A stretch of DNA of 59,863 bases from Isurus oxyrinchus (lineage: Eukaryota), in assembly GCA_026770705.1 (NCBI GenBank), contig JANJGN010000038.1:8556001-8615863 (forward strand), given 5' to 3'. The position numbers and the translations under genes are program-made. Position 1 is the first letter of the stretch. Each line of letters opens with the position of its first letter. The notes below the pieces were generated by a model. It searched no databases. It was not told the DNA's origin and worked only from the letters and a program-made list of their open reading frames with translations. Shown here piece by piece: positions 1-12,794 of this stretch.

Positions 1-135
1 GTATATATTGATGCGTGCTTGTGAATGTGTTTATGTGTGTGTATGTGTGTGTTTGCATATGCGCCGGTGTGTGTCTGGCTGTGTTCATGTGTGTGTGTAT
101 TTGTGTGTGAGTGTGTGTGTGTGTGTTTGTGTGTG
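1..135. repeat. imperfect (GT)n microsatellite
   Basis: Interrupted GT dinucleotide run at the window start. Confidence 0.85.
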
Positions 136-1254
136 AAACACGTCATACTTTTTGCAAATGAATTTCACAATGACCTTCGTCATCCTTCCATTCATGAAAG
201 ATGACGGACACACAGCAAACAAATCTATTTCAGATGGGTTGTCCCCAAATGCTGCACAGTTTCTGATGGCTGAGGAGGTCAATCCTTGAGGGGCAGTTTC
301 CATCACAAGTGCCTCAAATGAAGCTAAACGCGATGTTATGGGCTGTTGTTTCTTGTCTTGGCATCTGTTGCCAAGCCGCTGTAGCAAATGGGCATCATGG
401 TGATGCCCAACAGCTCACAGAAAGTGCTGCCATCTTCCTCTGTATTCATCGAGTGAAATTCATGTCTGATAACCGCTAATTAGGGCCTCCATGTCACGGA
501 TGTAACGGTCCTACAAGCAGAGCTTTGGGCGTCTCACTGTCCGCCTGGCCCTTAGCTATGTGACCACCTTCCAACCTGTAAACGGGCCCGAGCCATCCAA
601 CCTCCCTCTGTTTGCTGAGCCTAACAGACTTAGGAGCTCTGTCTTTGAGAGGGCTGCCGCTTCCTGATTGTGTCCCGCCAGGAGATACCCAATAACCACC
701 GCACACAGTGCAGATGGAAGTTGCGGAGATTTATTTCTTGATAACTGTAAGTCGTCCATGTTTCACAGCCAGACAACAAGGTACTGAGGACACAGGCCTA
801 ATACACCATCTGCTTGGTGTCAAAGGTCAGCTTGATGTTAATTCATGTACGTTTCATGAGTCAGGTGATATCTGTTTCCCCGTGTGTGTATCAGGAACTG
901 CATCAAGGAGCAGACTGTCTGTCACTGAGGAACCTGGGGAGCAGGATTTACCAGCCACATCCAGCCGGGTGTTACCTTGCGTGATCAGTGGTGGAAGTGC
1001 AACACTTTAAACATGATTTTCTTGACGTTTTTAATCAAATAGAACAAGTTAAAACCATGCTAGAGATGGTAAATAAGTCGCTGTTGATCTTCTTGTACAA
1101 TAACTCTGTGTAACAGAATTTATTAAACCAGCACGGGGGTCGGGGCGCGCTTATGCTTTGTCATTGCAATGCTACCTGCTGATAAACGGTGCCATCAATT
1201 CAAGAATCTCGGATCCAAATGTGGCTCCACATGTAGTAGATCCAGTAAAATCTC

Positions 1255-1349
1255 TGCTCCAGGTGAGGCTCGAACTCACAACCTCGGCATAGCCCGCTGA
1301 TCGCACTGCTCTATAAGTACCGCGCGCTAACCGATTGCGCCACTGGAGC
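1255..1349 (-). tRNA. tRNA-Ile-TAT: tRNA-Ile, anticodon TAT, with a 21-nt intron (1291-1311)
   Basis: The reverse complement reads GCTCCAGTGGCGCAATCGGTTAGCGCGCGGTACTTATA-[gagcagtgcgatcagcgggct]-ATGCCGAGGTTGTGAGTTCGAGCCTCACCTGGAGCA. This matches the vertebrate Ile-TAT body (74 nt spliced), with the intron one base after the anticodon and TTTT a few nt downstream. Confidence 0.96.
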
Positions 1350-2329
1350 GCCCGCTAGTGGCGGCATTTGATCTGGTTACATTTTTCACAGATCATTGGG
1401 GTCAGACATGATGTCTTGGTGGCAGATTGGTCAATGGGGTCTGAATAAATTTTTATGATACTATATGAACTGTAATATATTTTGAATGAAATAACATGCT
1501 GAAAATGGGCCAGGGAAACCTTGTTAGTTTTCACAGACTGAGCATGGACACTGCAGAAGGTCCTACGCCTTTTTCAATATTGTTTTTCTTAACTCCGAGT
1601 TTTCAAGAGGGAATTGGACAAATATTTGAAATGGAAAAGCTGCTGGGTTATGAAGAAAGAGAAATATATTGGGACTAACTGGGCAGGTCTTTGAAAAAGC
1701 TGGCGTGGGCACGATGGGTCCTAATGAGCTGTGAACTTTCACGATTCCAGTGCGAGATCAATTTGTTCCTAAATATCCCAGCCCAATCGGATTTCTGCAA
1801 AGGATAACCCAGAACTGCAACATGAGGACACAGTTTGAAATTCTATACAAGCCCCTCTGGCTAACTCTCTGCGCGGCGTTTCTGTAGTTTACTGTGTGTC
1901 ATATTCGCCCAACAGGCGCACAAACCCCCGATCAAAATGGGACAGAAACACTACCAAACGCATTTAATCTCCGAGCCGCCAGAAATCAGTAATTCACGTT
2001 TGTTGTTGAATATTAACTGAATACAGCATCTTACACTGTGAAAAAGAACAGACTTATGGGACACTGCAGGCTTACAGCACTGATCAGAAATGAACAATTT
2101 CAATTCCGGAGTTCTGATAATTTCTTAGATAAAATGATACCTGCAAATTGAGCCTTTCAATTCATTTCTCAGGGGACGAAGATAACACAAGTGTCACAGG
2201 ATGGACAGGAGCAGTCATAGTCCGAAAGGTTGAAAGAGTGTTGCTTACCTAATGATCAAAAAGGAAACTTCAAAATTGATAATAGATTGATAATTTTAAA
2301 CTGTTCTCAGCTCTACCAGTTACCTTATA

Positions 2330-2760
2330 ACGAAGACCCATTGACTGTCAGTTATTATTGAGCTGATAATCTAGTTTAACATTAAAACTGCCCTTGTAAG
2401 TGATACTCCGGTGTAATAATAACCTTGCAATTGATAACCATTGAATATTGGTGTCCATGGAAATGGTGCCCTGTTCTAACAATGACTTTGCCATTTGATG
2501 AACCGGTCCAAGTGATGCCACCGGCAAACGGTGACCATGTGATTGAAATGTGTTGTTTTACTGCTCTTGTACCCGACACTCCAGTCCAACAATGACCTTG
2601 TAGCTTATATCAGGATCTACAGTTGACCCTGTACCTGACAGTGCGGTCCAGCAGCTACCTTTAACTTTAACTTGAGGCCAAGAATAAATTTCTACCTGAT
2701 ATGCCGATCTAATATTGAACATGCACCTGACACTTCGATCTAACAGTAACTTCGTTATAG
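2330..2760. repeat. degenerate minisatellite
   Basis: Recurrent motifs like ccagtccaacaatgaccttgta and tgaccctgtacctgaca. Confidence 0.45.
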
Positions 2761-3336
2761 GTGCCTAATGCCATAGATCATATGTTTTAGAATAGTAGGG
2801 TTATTTTCAGTAATGGACGGAGAAATCCACAGATTAATGACCTTTTGGGAGAGGATCAAGAGTTTTGAATTTATGCCCTGAAGATGTTCTAGGAATCACT
2901 GTCGGCTTCCAATGTGATCGGACAGACCACAGGATAAATGTTCGACATTTCCTTCTAGCATTCTGTGGGAACCAGCCGAGATCATTCTCCTGCATCAGAA
3001 ACTACAGTCAAAGGGGATGCAATTGTACATGTTTGTTCAATGTCCGTAATTAATATGAATGGGTGACACAACCTCACTTGTTTGTTCAAAGTTCGACAAG
3101 CACATTCCAGGCTCCTTAATTGTGCCTCTGGGGGGTTAAATCTCAGGTATAATAGTCACTACTTCAATAGTCGAACAGAGCTTGGGTTCTTCTCGCCGCT
3201 GCTCCTCTCAGAAGATGCACTTTCCACCAAGAGGCCCGCTCTATGCCATATACTACACCGCCCTCTCCGCTGTCACAGTCCCAGATAAAACGTGTCTCAG
3301 TTCTCTCCACTTCTCGGTTTATGTTCCTCTTTCACA

Positions 3337-3830
3337 GGAGTTAGGCATCCCAGGCTAGGCCACCTATGTATTGGCCATCCCTAATCGAGGTGATGGTGGG
3401 CAGTCTCCTTGAACCGCCGCTGTCCACGTGGATTGAGAGGAGCTGGGGAACTTTCCAGCCGCTCTGCCTCACTCATACCGAACTGTTTCTGGTCAATTCT
3501 GCAAAGCCAGGGATTAAAGATTTTTCATTACCAATATTATTGTTAGCGTTACTCCATCATGGGATTGGAGCAGAACCGACTGGGCTGACATATATCACCC
3601 CTCCCTAATTGCCCTTGAGGACTGTGTGGCTTGCTGGGTCATTTCAGGGGGCAGTTAAAAGTCAACCACATTGCTGTGGGTCCGGAGTCACGTGTAAGGC
3701 AGACCAGGTAAGGACGGCAGATTTCCTTCCCGAAAGGGACATTAGTGAACCTGATGGTTTTTGTTTTTAAAGCTGTGGTTAGTTATAATTGTCCTGGTCA
3801 CCATGATGGAGACTAGCTTTATAATTCCAG
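3337..3830 (-). mobile_element. SINE / CR1-like LINE-tail fragments
   Basis: Reverse complement of motifs found in the + strand SINE at ~6.1-6.45 kb (ccctaattgcccttg; gacattagtgaacctgatgg). Confidence 0.65.
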
Positions 3831-4379
3831 GCTGTATAATCAATTCCAACATTACCATGAGGACACTATCTCCCCCCAACAATTTAAATGTTAGGCACAA
3901 TAAATCAGCAATATCCCTCATTCAATGTCGCTCAGCCCTGTTGACTTTGACTCTAAGTCAGGGTCACTCCAAATCTTACATTCGGGTCTCGCCGATCCCC
4001 AACATCGAACACGATGGCTCCTCACCAGGGAAAATGATCGTTCCTGACTTCAGAGAGAGGCACAAATGTTAGGCCAAGTTAGTACAGCAGAGAATCGGTT
4101 CATTTTTAAACCTTCGACACACCTTCCTCTTCCCACCTGGAGTCAGTCCTTTATGTCGCCTCTGAAGGCCCTTCAGCCACTGTCTATGCCAGCTCGCACA
4201 GAGCAGTCCCAATCATTCCCATGATATTGTCCGGAAAGTGGCCTCGCCTCAAGAGCCCAATTTCATTCAGAAATCAATCATTTCCACTTGGATAACCCTT
4301 GGGAGCAGCGAGATCCAGGTCATTACCACTTGCTGTGTCAAAACACTCATGTCCCCACCTCACCACTCCGCTGCCATTC

Positions 4380-6015
4380 CTCACCCAAGAGGCAATGGGT
4401 ACTATAAAAAGTATGGGCCCTGACAATATTCCAGCTACAGTAATGAAGACTTGTGCTCCAGAACTTGCCGCACCCCTAGCCAAGCTCTTTCAGTAAATCT
4501 AGAACACTGGCATCTACCCGGCTATGTGGAAATTTTGCCCAGTGCGCAAAAAGCAGGACAAATCCGACCCAGCCAATTGCCACCCCATCAGGCAGCTCTC
4601 CATCATCAGTAAAGTAACGGAAGGGGTCATCAGTGCTATCAAGGAGCACTTTAGTAATAATCTGCTCACTGATGCCCAGTTTGGGTTCTACCAGGACTAC
4701 TCAGCTCCTGACCTCATTACAACCTTCGTTCAAACATGGACAGAAGAGCTGAACTCTCGAGATGAGGTGCGTGTGACTGCCCTTGATATCAAGGAGCCCT
4801 AGCAAAACTGGAGTCAGTGGGAATTACGGGGAAAATTCTCCGCCGTTTGCAGTCATACCGAGCACAAAGGGAGATGGCTGTAGTTGTTGGAGGTCAGTCA
4901 ACTCAGCTCCAGGGCATCACTGCAGGAGTTCCTCAGGGCAGTGTCCTTGGCCTAATCATCTTCAGCTGCTTCATCAATGACCTTATTTCCATCATATGGT
5001 CAGAAGTGGGGATGTTCGCTGATGATTGTACAATGTTCAGAATCATTCGTGACTCCTCAGACACTGAAGCAGTCCATGTCCAAATACAGCAAGACCTGGA
5101 CAATATCCAGGCTTGGGCTGACAAGTGGCACGTAACAATCACACCACACAAGTGTCAGGCAATGACCCTGTCCAACTAAAGGGAACCTAACCATCGTCCA
5201 TTGACATTCAATGGGATCACTGTCACTGAATCCCCGACTATCAACATCCTGGCGGTTACCCTTGACCATAACCTGAACTGAACTATCCACATAAATACTG
5301 TGTCTACAAGAGCAGGTCACAGTCTGTGAATCCTGCAGCGAGTTACCCACCTCCTGACTCCCCAAAGCCTGTCCACCATCTACAAGGCAAAAGTCAGGAG
5401 TGTGATGGAATACTCCCCACTTGCCTGCATGAGTGCAGCTCCCACTGCACTCAATACTCTTGACATGACCGAGGACAAAGCAGCTGGTCGATCGACACCA
5501 CATCCACAAACGACCGACGCACAGTGGCAGTAGCGTGTACCATCTACAAGATGCACTGCAGGAACTCACCAAGGATCCTTCGGCAGCACCTTTCAAACCC
5601 ACGGGCACTACCATCTTGTAGGACAAGGGCAGCAGACACAAGGGAACACCACCTCCTGGAAGTTCCACTCCAAGTCACTCACCATCCTCAGTTGGAAATA
5701 TATAGCCGTTCCTTCACGGTCGCTGGGTCAAAATCCCAGAACTACCCAGCAGCATTGTGGGTGCATGTACACCACATAGATTGGTTTCATTTGTCTTTTA
5801 GTGAAAAAAACCTGCCATTCCCATCTGGCCTACATATGACACCAGATCCACAGCAAGTGTGGTTGACACTTTACTGTCCCCTGAAATGACCCTCACAATC
5901 AGGGGTGGACAGCAAATGCTGACCTTGGTTCAAGGCAGTAGGTCATCACCACCTTCAAGGGCAATTAGGGATGAGCAATAAATGCTGGCCCGGCCAGTGA
6001 AGCCCACATCCTGCA
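4380..6015 (+). mobile_element. 5'-truncated CR1-clade LINE, disrupted reverse transcriptase plus 3' tail
   Basis: ORF fragments GPDNIPATVMKTCAPELAAPLAKLFQ, LTDAQFGF, ALDIK, GVPQGSVLG and FADD, with frameshifts and stops. Tail gggcaattagggatgagcaataaatgctggcc. Confidence 0.9.
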
Positions 6016-6077
6016 AACAAATAGAAATTTACCCTGCCTCATGGTTTTGAATTCAACCGCCTCTGAATTCTACCTGG

Positions 6078-6455
6078 GGGAGATGGAGGATTAGTGGTAA
6101 CCTCACAGGACTAGTAATCTGAAGAGCCAGGCTAATTCTCATTGGTTCAAATCCCACTACAGCAGTTCGTGCAATTTAAATTCACCAAGTCTAGAAAACG
6201 AAGCTCGTCTCAGAAATGGTGACGATGAAACTCATCGACTGTTGTAAAAACCCATCTGGTTCACTGATGTCCCTTTCGGGAAGGAAACCTGCTGTCCTTA
6301 CCCGGTCTGGCCTACATGTGACTCCAGACCCACCGTAAATGTGGCTGACTCTTAAATGCCCCAGGAAATTTGCCCCAGCAGGCCACTCAGTTCAGTGGCA
6401 ACTAGGAGTGGACAGAAAATGCTGGCCTTGCCAGTGATGTCCACAAACCATAAAG
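6078..6455 (+). mobile_element. tRNA-headed SINE sharing its 3' tail with the adjacent LINE
   Basis: A-box-like tagtggtaa and B-box ggttcaaatccc, central aaacccatctggttcactgatgtccc...gactccagaccc, and a tail aaatgctggccttgccagtg like the LINE tail. Confidence 0.75.
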
Positions 6456-7594
6456 AGAAAGACAAAATAAAATGGGACACCTGCAAGTGTGCAGTGCTCA
6501 GTCCTGCACAGCCCTATTGGGCCTAGGGTGGAGCTTTAATCTGGACATCATCCTCGGTAGAATACCTCATGCTAAAGTGATCATTTAAGGGCCTGACTGA
6601 CAATTTCACACTAACATTGCGCTGAGTAAAACATTTCAGGATCTAAAGACAAGACACATGGTGGGTACATTTCCATGAAAATCTTTAATATTTAGAAAAA
6701 AATTAAAACATTTCAAAGATTCCAAGATTTCATCTCTCGCAAAAGGCTACAGTGCCCCAGGATGAGCCCAACAGTAATGGCAAATGTGGGAACAGATTGA
6801 AGCAGTGAGGGGGAGACAGCACGTGAGCAATATCAGAAACGCTGGACATTGTCATTCAGATCAGACCATCGCCATTCAGGTCATTTCAACTGGTCAACTT
6901 GACCGGAAATAGAACAAAGGGACAAATGGAGGGCAGCGATTTAACAAACTTTAAAAAATATGAACTGACCTGGTGACAAACATGAGCCATGAATGCATTA
7001 AGGAGACAGTGTATGGTACTTGGCAAATGCTCGGCTGTTAGCAATATTTGACTGAGAACAGTTTATATAGGCGGGCAGATGCCGATGGGGCAGAAGGCGG
7101 TCCATTCTGCATTTCACCAGCAGTCGCCCACGGACAAGTTCAAGCACAAGTGCCTGGTGACGAATTCGAAGACCATAAGATGGCAGAAACTTTCGTTCAG
7201 GATAAATCGAGGCTCACTGGTCTTCAGATCCTCCTCTTTGCTTGGAATTGGCCCGTGTCACTAAAAAAGGGGAACACGGGTGAGAAAGAGTTCATTCTCA
7301 AGGGTGTTGAGATCTGTCAGGCTAACCTCCCATCCCCCTCTGTCTGTCCTACACACGACTGAACCCCCTACCCCCAGCGATACTCAGTTAACTGGAGCTG
7401 CGATCCTGATATTCATGTAGTGAGCAGGGAGTGACCAGGCTCTCAGTTTGCTGGTTAATCACACTGCAGTCCCATATCAGAGACTCGTACATGGAACAGC
7501 ATTAACTTGCTAACAGGGATGCAACTGCAGTGACATTAACAACAGTCATAAACCTGAAACAGTTGTCGATTTATTGGTACTTTGGCATATTTAA

Positions 7595-8258
7595 TTCATT
7601 TCACAGGATGTGGGCATCACTGGCTGAGCCAGCATTTATTGCCCTTCCCTAGTTGCCCCTTACAAGTTGGTGGTGAGCTGCCTTCTCGAGCCGCTGCAGT
7701 CCATGTGGTGTAGGTACACCCACAGTGCTGTTCGGAATGGATTTCCAGGGTTTTGACCCAGCGAAGCGAAGGAAGGGCAATATATTTCCAAGTCAGGATG
7801 GTGAGCGACTTGGAGGGGAATTTCCAGGTGGTGGTGCTCCCATGTGTCTGCTGCCCTTGTCCTTCTAGGTGGTAATGGTCATGGGTTTGGAAGGTGCTGT
7901 CGAAGGGGCCTTGGTGAATTCCTGCAGTTCATCTTGTAGATGGTACACGCTGCTGCTACTGTGCGTCGGTGGTGGAGGGAGTGAATGTTTGTGGATGAGG
8001 TGCCAATCAAGTGGGCTGCTTTGGTGTCAAGATTCTTGAGTTTGTGTTTAGGAGAAGCACAAATTCAGGCAAGAGGAGAATACTCCATCACACTCCTGAC
8101 TTGTGCCTTTAGATGGTGGACAGGCTCTGGGGAGTCAGGGGGTGAGTTACTCATCGTACAATCCCCAGCCTCTTTGACCTGCTCTTATGGCCACAGTATT
8201 TATATGGCTAGCCGAGTTTAGTTTCTGGTCAATAGTAACCTCCAGGATACTGACAATG
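7595..8258 (-). mobile_element. CR1-clade LINE 3' fragment (same family as 4380-6015)
   Basis: Reverse complement similarity to ~5250-6010 (catcttgtagatggtacac; tactccatcacactcctgac). Confidence 0.85.
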
Positions 8259-8410
8259 CATTTATGATACAAGTACGCTGCAAGTATTCCGGCTGAAGAA
8301 TTTTAGATAAATGAATTTATTCAGTGGCAAAGAGTACCGCATGAATGAATTAAAAGGGTCAAAGCCTCGTCTCAAATCCGTTTCATTGTCTTGTGATTAA
8401 AGTAATGCAA

Positions 8411-8445
8411 CGCTACCCTCTGCTGGCAGCTCACCGCTACTACAG
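8411..8445 (-). promoter_or_regulatory. candidate CTCF site (core + upstream motif)
   Basis: Minus strand CTGTAGTAGC-ggtgag-CTGCCAGCAGAGGGTAGCG. Confidence 0.5.
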
Positions 8446-8919
8446 GCGGTGCTGTTTGCCAGCCTCAGAGAAGTTCCGTTACTGCATGGTTGCATTTTAA
8501 AACATATTGACGAATTATGTATATGGAACAATACTCTGTCGGATTGAAGTTCGCAGCAGGGTTCGCTCTTTTACCACCTGACGGTGTACATGAACTCTCT
8601 CATCATTCCCCATTGGAGGTATTGGCTGGAGCTGGTTGTTGGGAGTTATTTCAGACTGCAATGTGCATATTTGGTGCAGTTATCAGACTCTAATCTCATT
8701 CAGAATGGGAGTATTTAAACTTTGCTGTATTCTGTAATTCCTCTGCAATACATTGTCAATGTTCAACCCGACACATTGGATCTTGTTAAAGCTTTTTTAC
8801 TACTTATGTCTCGAAGATAATGTTCTCCATTTCTCACATTCTTGGTCCAAGGGGGGAAATTATATATATCAAACACAAACAATATATGGGAGAGAATTTA
8901 TTTTCACATCTTTACAGCC

Positions 8920-9197
8920 TGGTCAGAGAATCTAAAACACGGAGAATGGTCTCAGGATAAGGGGCCGAACATTTTGGTCTGAGATGAGGAGGAATTACTT
9001 CACTCAAAGTGTTGTGAACCTTTGGAATTCTCTACCCCAGAGAGATCTGGATTCTCCATCCACTTTAGTTCGGGATAGGCAGGGTTACAGTGTCTCGGGG
9101 ATTTAAGGGATATGGGCAAAGGGCGGAAACAAGGAGTTGATTGACAGAGCTATCGACGGCCATTCCGCCTACTCCTGCTCCTATTCTTGTGTTCCTG
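8920..9197 (+). mobile_element. CR1 LINE 3' end
   Basis: gagatgaggaggaattacttcactcaaagtgttgtgaacctttggaattc ... cctactcctgctcctattcttgtgttc is a typical CR1 3' terminus. Confidence 0.75.
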
Positions 9198-9529
9198 TAA
9201 GAATCAATGTTAACAGCTTCCACGTTTTCGAGAGTCTGCTCCATAGATCGAACACCCATTGGAATATTAACCTGAACTTTCCAGGTCCATTAGAGGCAGG
9301 CTGGGAGGGGGCAAGGCTGGCACTATGCCGGGGAAGGCGTCAGGAAGCGTGGAGAGAGGGAATCGGTGTCCGTCCCAGGGCCTCGTTTGCTTTGCTCATT
9401 GTTGAAAGATTATCAACTCTTGTCAGTCAGAAACCAGTTTTTATTCTTTTACCATACAGGTTATTTTTTCCATATGTGATTTTTCCTTCCTTAATTCCTT
9501 ATCTCCATGTGACAAATTTTGAATTCCCT

Positions 9530-10300
9530 CCGAGGAATGTTATCCATTGCCTTTCTGCCCATTTTTCACGTATTTAAATCCGCCCATAGCTTACCCTGAT
9601 CAGATGTGCACCTGTGATCTTCAGTAGCCTTTTCCCTCGCTGCAGTTTTAAGCATTGATCTTCTGGCTTCATTTATTATCATCTTAAACTAATGCGGAAT
9701 GAAACAGAACAATGTGGGATCCCAACGTTAATATCCTTCCAGTCCGAATACAATCCCTGTATCATTACAATCTGGAATCTATCAGTCAACTAATTCCGAT
9801 TCCCTTGCAGTCCTCCCTCTGATTGTGGCGATATCTCTTCCAGGGTCCCATCCTTTCCAGAGGAACTGTTTAGAAAGCCGACAGGAATCCAAATGCATCA
9901 CATCCACTGTCTCTCTTGCCCCATGAAGCTCGTTTTGCTCACGTTCAAAGTGATCAGTCAGCTCGATAAGCGAGTCCTTCCCTTCATGGACACTTACTGA
10001 CTGCAATGAAAGGTTCTCCTTCTCTCCACATGCCCCATAAACCTTCCTTTCTTACGGGTTTACGAGGGGTAACTCATTGTGATTTCCTGACTCACTTTTG
10101 CGAAAATTTTACCAAAGAACAATAAACGCTGCATTTTATTTTATCTGCTCGCCAGGCGTCTTTGCAGAATGCAAGCATTTTTCACAGATTTATGACTGAG
10201 AACCTGCAGATTTTTGCTTAATTCCGTAAAAATCCTCGGATGCATCTTATCTGGGCCCTGGATTGATTCAGCTGGATTTCCACAGCTCTTCATTAACCAT
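9530..10300 (-). mobile_element. highly decayed CR1 RT fragment
   Basis: The minus ORF includes LIELTDHFE...ETVDVMHLD, resembling the CR1 RT region TNLIEFFE...VDVVYLD. Confidence 0.5.
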
Positions 10301-10529
10301 GCTGGTGCTAACGTAATAAATGTAGCAATTTACCCCTGAAAGTCCTATGGTCTCATTTGCGGATCAAATGTATATATTAACTGTTCCCTCTTTCATAGAA
10401 GATGAAACAAAAATACATATTTAACGCAATTATAGCCCGGCTAGCATCAGTTGTGTTGCCCTTACTCGATCATATTTTCGCACTCCACCTATGTTATTTT
10501 CTTGTAACAACAACAAAAATATATTATCG

Positions 10530-10935
10530 TTTTCACCCCTTGCCATACGCTGTTTGAAAGGAGTTTTGTTAAAGTTGTCCTGAATCATGATGGACTGGAC
10601 AGAGTAGGCAGGGAGAAATAGTTCCCAATGGTGGAAGATTCGAGAACAAGTGGGCACAGATTTAAGATAATCAGGAAAAGAAGCAACGGCGAAATTTAAA
10701 AATGAACTTTTTTTCGCGCAATGAGTGGTTAGGATTTGGAGTGAACAGGCTGAGATTGTGGTGGAGGCAGATACAATTGATGCTTTCAAAAATAAAGTGC
10801 ATCATTTTCGGAAAAGGGAAAAATGCTGGACTAGGGGGAAAAGTGTGGAACTAGGTCAATTGTTCCTTTAGAGGGTTAGCATGGGCCAGACAAATGGCCT
10901 TTTACTTTTCTGTAAGAATTCTTCGATTCTATGAT
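10530..10935 (+). mobile_element. CR1 LINE 3' end
   Basis: ggactggacagagtag...gggcacagatttaagataat...tttttttcgcgcaatgagtggttaggatttgga; ends ttctatgatt. Confidence 0.75.
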
Positions 10936-10977
10936 TGATATCAGAAACAGTAAATTAAATCAGCATTTTCACAGCAT

Positions 10978-11011
10978 CTGCAATAGCAAGACTTGTCCAG
11001 CAGATGGAACC
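10978..11011 (+). promoter_or_regulatory. candidate CTCF site (core + upstream motif)
   Basis: CTGCAATAGC-aagact-TGTCCAGCAGATGGAACC. Confidence 0.5.
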
Positions 11012-11059
11012 GAAACCGTGATTGCTTAAATTGCGTGAGGCAGGCATTTCTCAATGCTG

Positions 11060-11470
11060 CATTGGCCCTGTCTCCACTCATATCAAACTGGACCCCGTGC
11101 CTGTTTAAATAACACTAGGTCTTGTCATTGATTATGTTAGAGGAGGTTGTGTCCCACTTATTTCTGTATTCGGCCCAATCTCTGCTGTCAGCTTACTCAA
11201 CCAGGCCCTCTTTCTGTTCTGTGAGACACTATCAGTTATTACTGCATGGAACTATGTCTCAGATAACATGACAAAACGTCAGGTCCCAATTGTTAATGCC
11301 TTGTACAATGTTCCCCTTTGTATTAAACTGGAACATATGTCTGTTTGCGTTGCACGAGGCTTTCCCTCAGTTATTACTTGAGTTGACCCTGCCATGTTTA
11401 TATTAAGCTAGAGGAGGTCACAGTGAATGCTGCACAAGTCCATGTTCTGTTTATATAACACGATACCCTG
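11060..11470 (-). repeat. degenerate 27-bp satellite (reverse orientation to the main array)
   Basis: Repeated variants of tgtctcagttattactgcactagaccc. Confidence 0.6.
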
Positions 11471-11479
11471 TCTCTGTTG

Positions 11480-12110
11480 TTAGTGCTGACAGGCTGATTA
11501 ATAAAGCATATGGTATCTGAGGCTTTATATATTGGGGCACAAAGTTCAAAATCAAAGAGATTTTCGAACACAGTTAAAGTCTCAACATGAGCATTTGCGT
11601 CCAGTTCTGGGCACCACACTTTAGGAAAAGTGTGAACGTATCAGTGAGAGAGTAGGAAAGATTCACGAGAATGGTTCCAGGGATGGAGACATTCAGTTAA
11701 ACTGGTAGAGCAGATGAATTGGTACTGCTTTCCATAGAGGAGAAAAGGTTGAGGCAGCAGTTATACATGTATTCAAAATCTAGATGGGTCTGGACAGAGT
11801 TGAAAGTAGAAAACGGTCCAATTGGTGGAAGGATCAAGAACCAAGGGGCACAGATTTAAGGTAATTGGGAAAATAAGCGTTAGCGGCATGAGGAAACGCT
11901 TTTGTTCATGCAGCTAGTGGTTAGGACCTTGAATGGACTGCGTGAGGATGTAGTGGAGGCCGTGACAATCGAGTCATTCAAAATGGGATTGGATAATTAT
12001 ATGAAAAGGAGGAAAACATTTGACCTACGGGGAGCAGACAGAGAGTGGCAGGAGATGAATTAATCCTTCGCAAGACAAGAACAGTAAGAACGAACGGAAT
12101 GGCCTTTAAG
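11480..12110 (+). mobile_element. CR1 LINE 3' fragment
   Basis: cagttctgggcaccacactttaggaaa (QFWAPHFRK), gggtctggacagagt, ggggcacagatttaaggtaattgg. Confidence 0.8.
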
Positions 12111-12794
12111 TAGTGATAATACTACGAATATTATATGGTTTTATGTTGATACGAAATAGTATTTATGTTATCTTTACAGCTCAGTTTGAGTTTCTGCTAT
12201 TGAGGCTATATAGCTTTTAGGCTGGGAGAAGGAACTGGTGTTATTGCCTTAATTACTTTAAGGTACAGAGAAGCTTAGGTTCGATGAATTATATTTGTTT
12301 TATTTGAATTGTGCAATTGAGGGATTCTTTGTCAGTTTCAAAGGGATAAACAAAAAAGGTGAATTCAGCAGCTTTAACTTAATACGACACCTCATCTTAA
12401 AACTAAACGATCTATGACTTGGTTCAATTGACGAACCATATCTGTAAAGCAGAAGATCTGTATTGGAGGGCAGCCTTTGTCTTGACATAACTGTAGGAAG
12501 GTGTTATTAACATTTACTAATAATGTATTGTATCTCTGGTATGTGCTAAAACAAGTGTTGACGTGGCTATATACGATAAGTTGTATTATTGATAAGAAGA
12601 TGTAACATTGTTTGCAATAGCTCTGTATTTACAAGGGTGCGTTATTTGCTCACAGTTGAATATACACCCCGGAGCCCAGGGAATAAGAGATACAGATTTG
12701 TCTTCAGTGTTCATGGCTTTAGATACAGAGATGAAGTGACACCAAATGAGCCTCACCCCAAGCCAATGAAAGAGGTTAATTTTGATTCTTTCCA

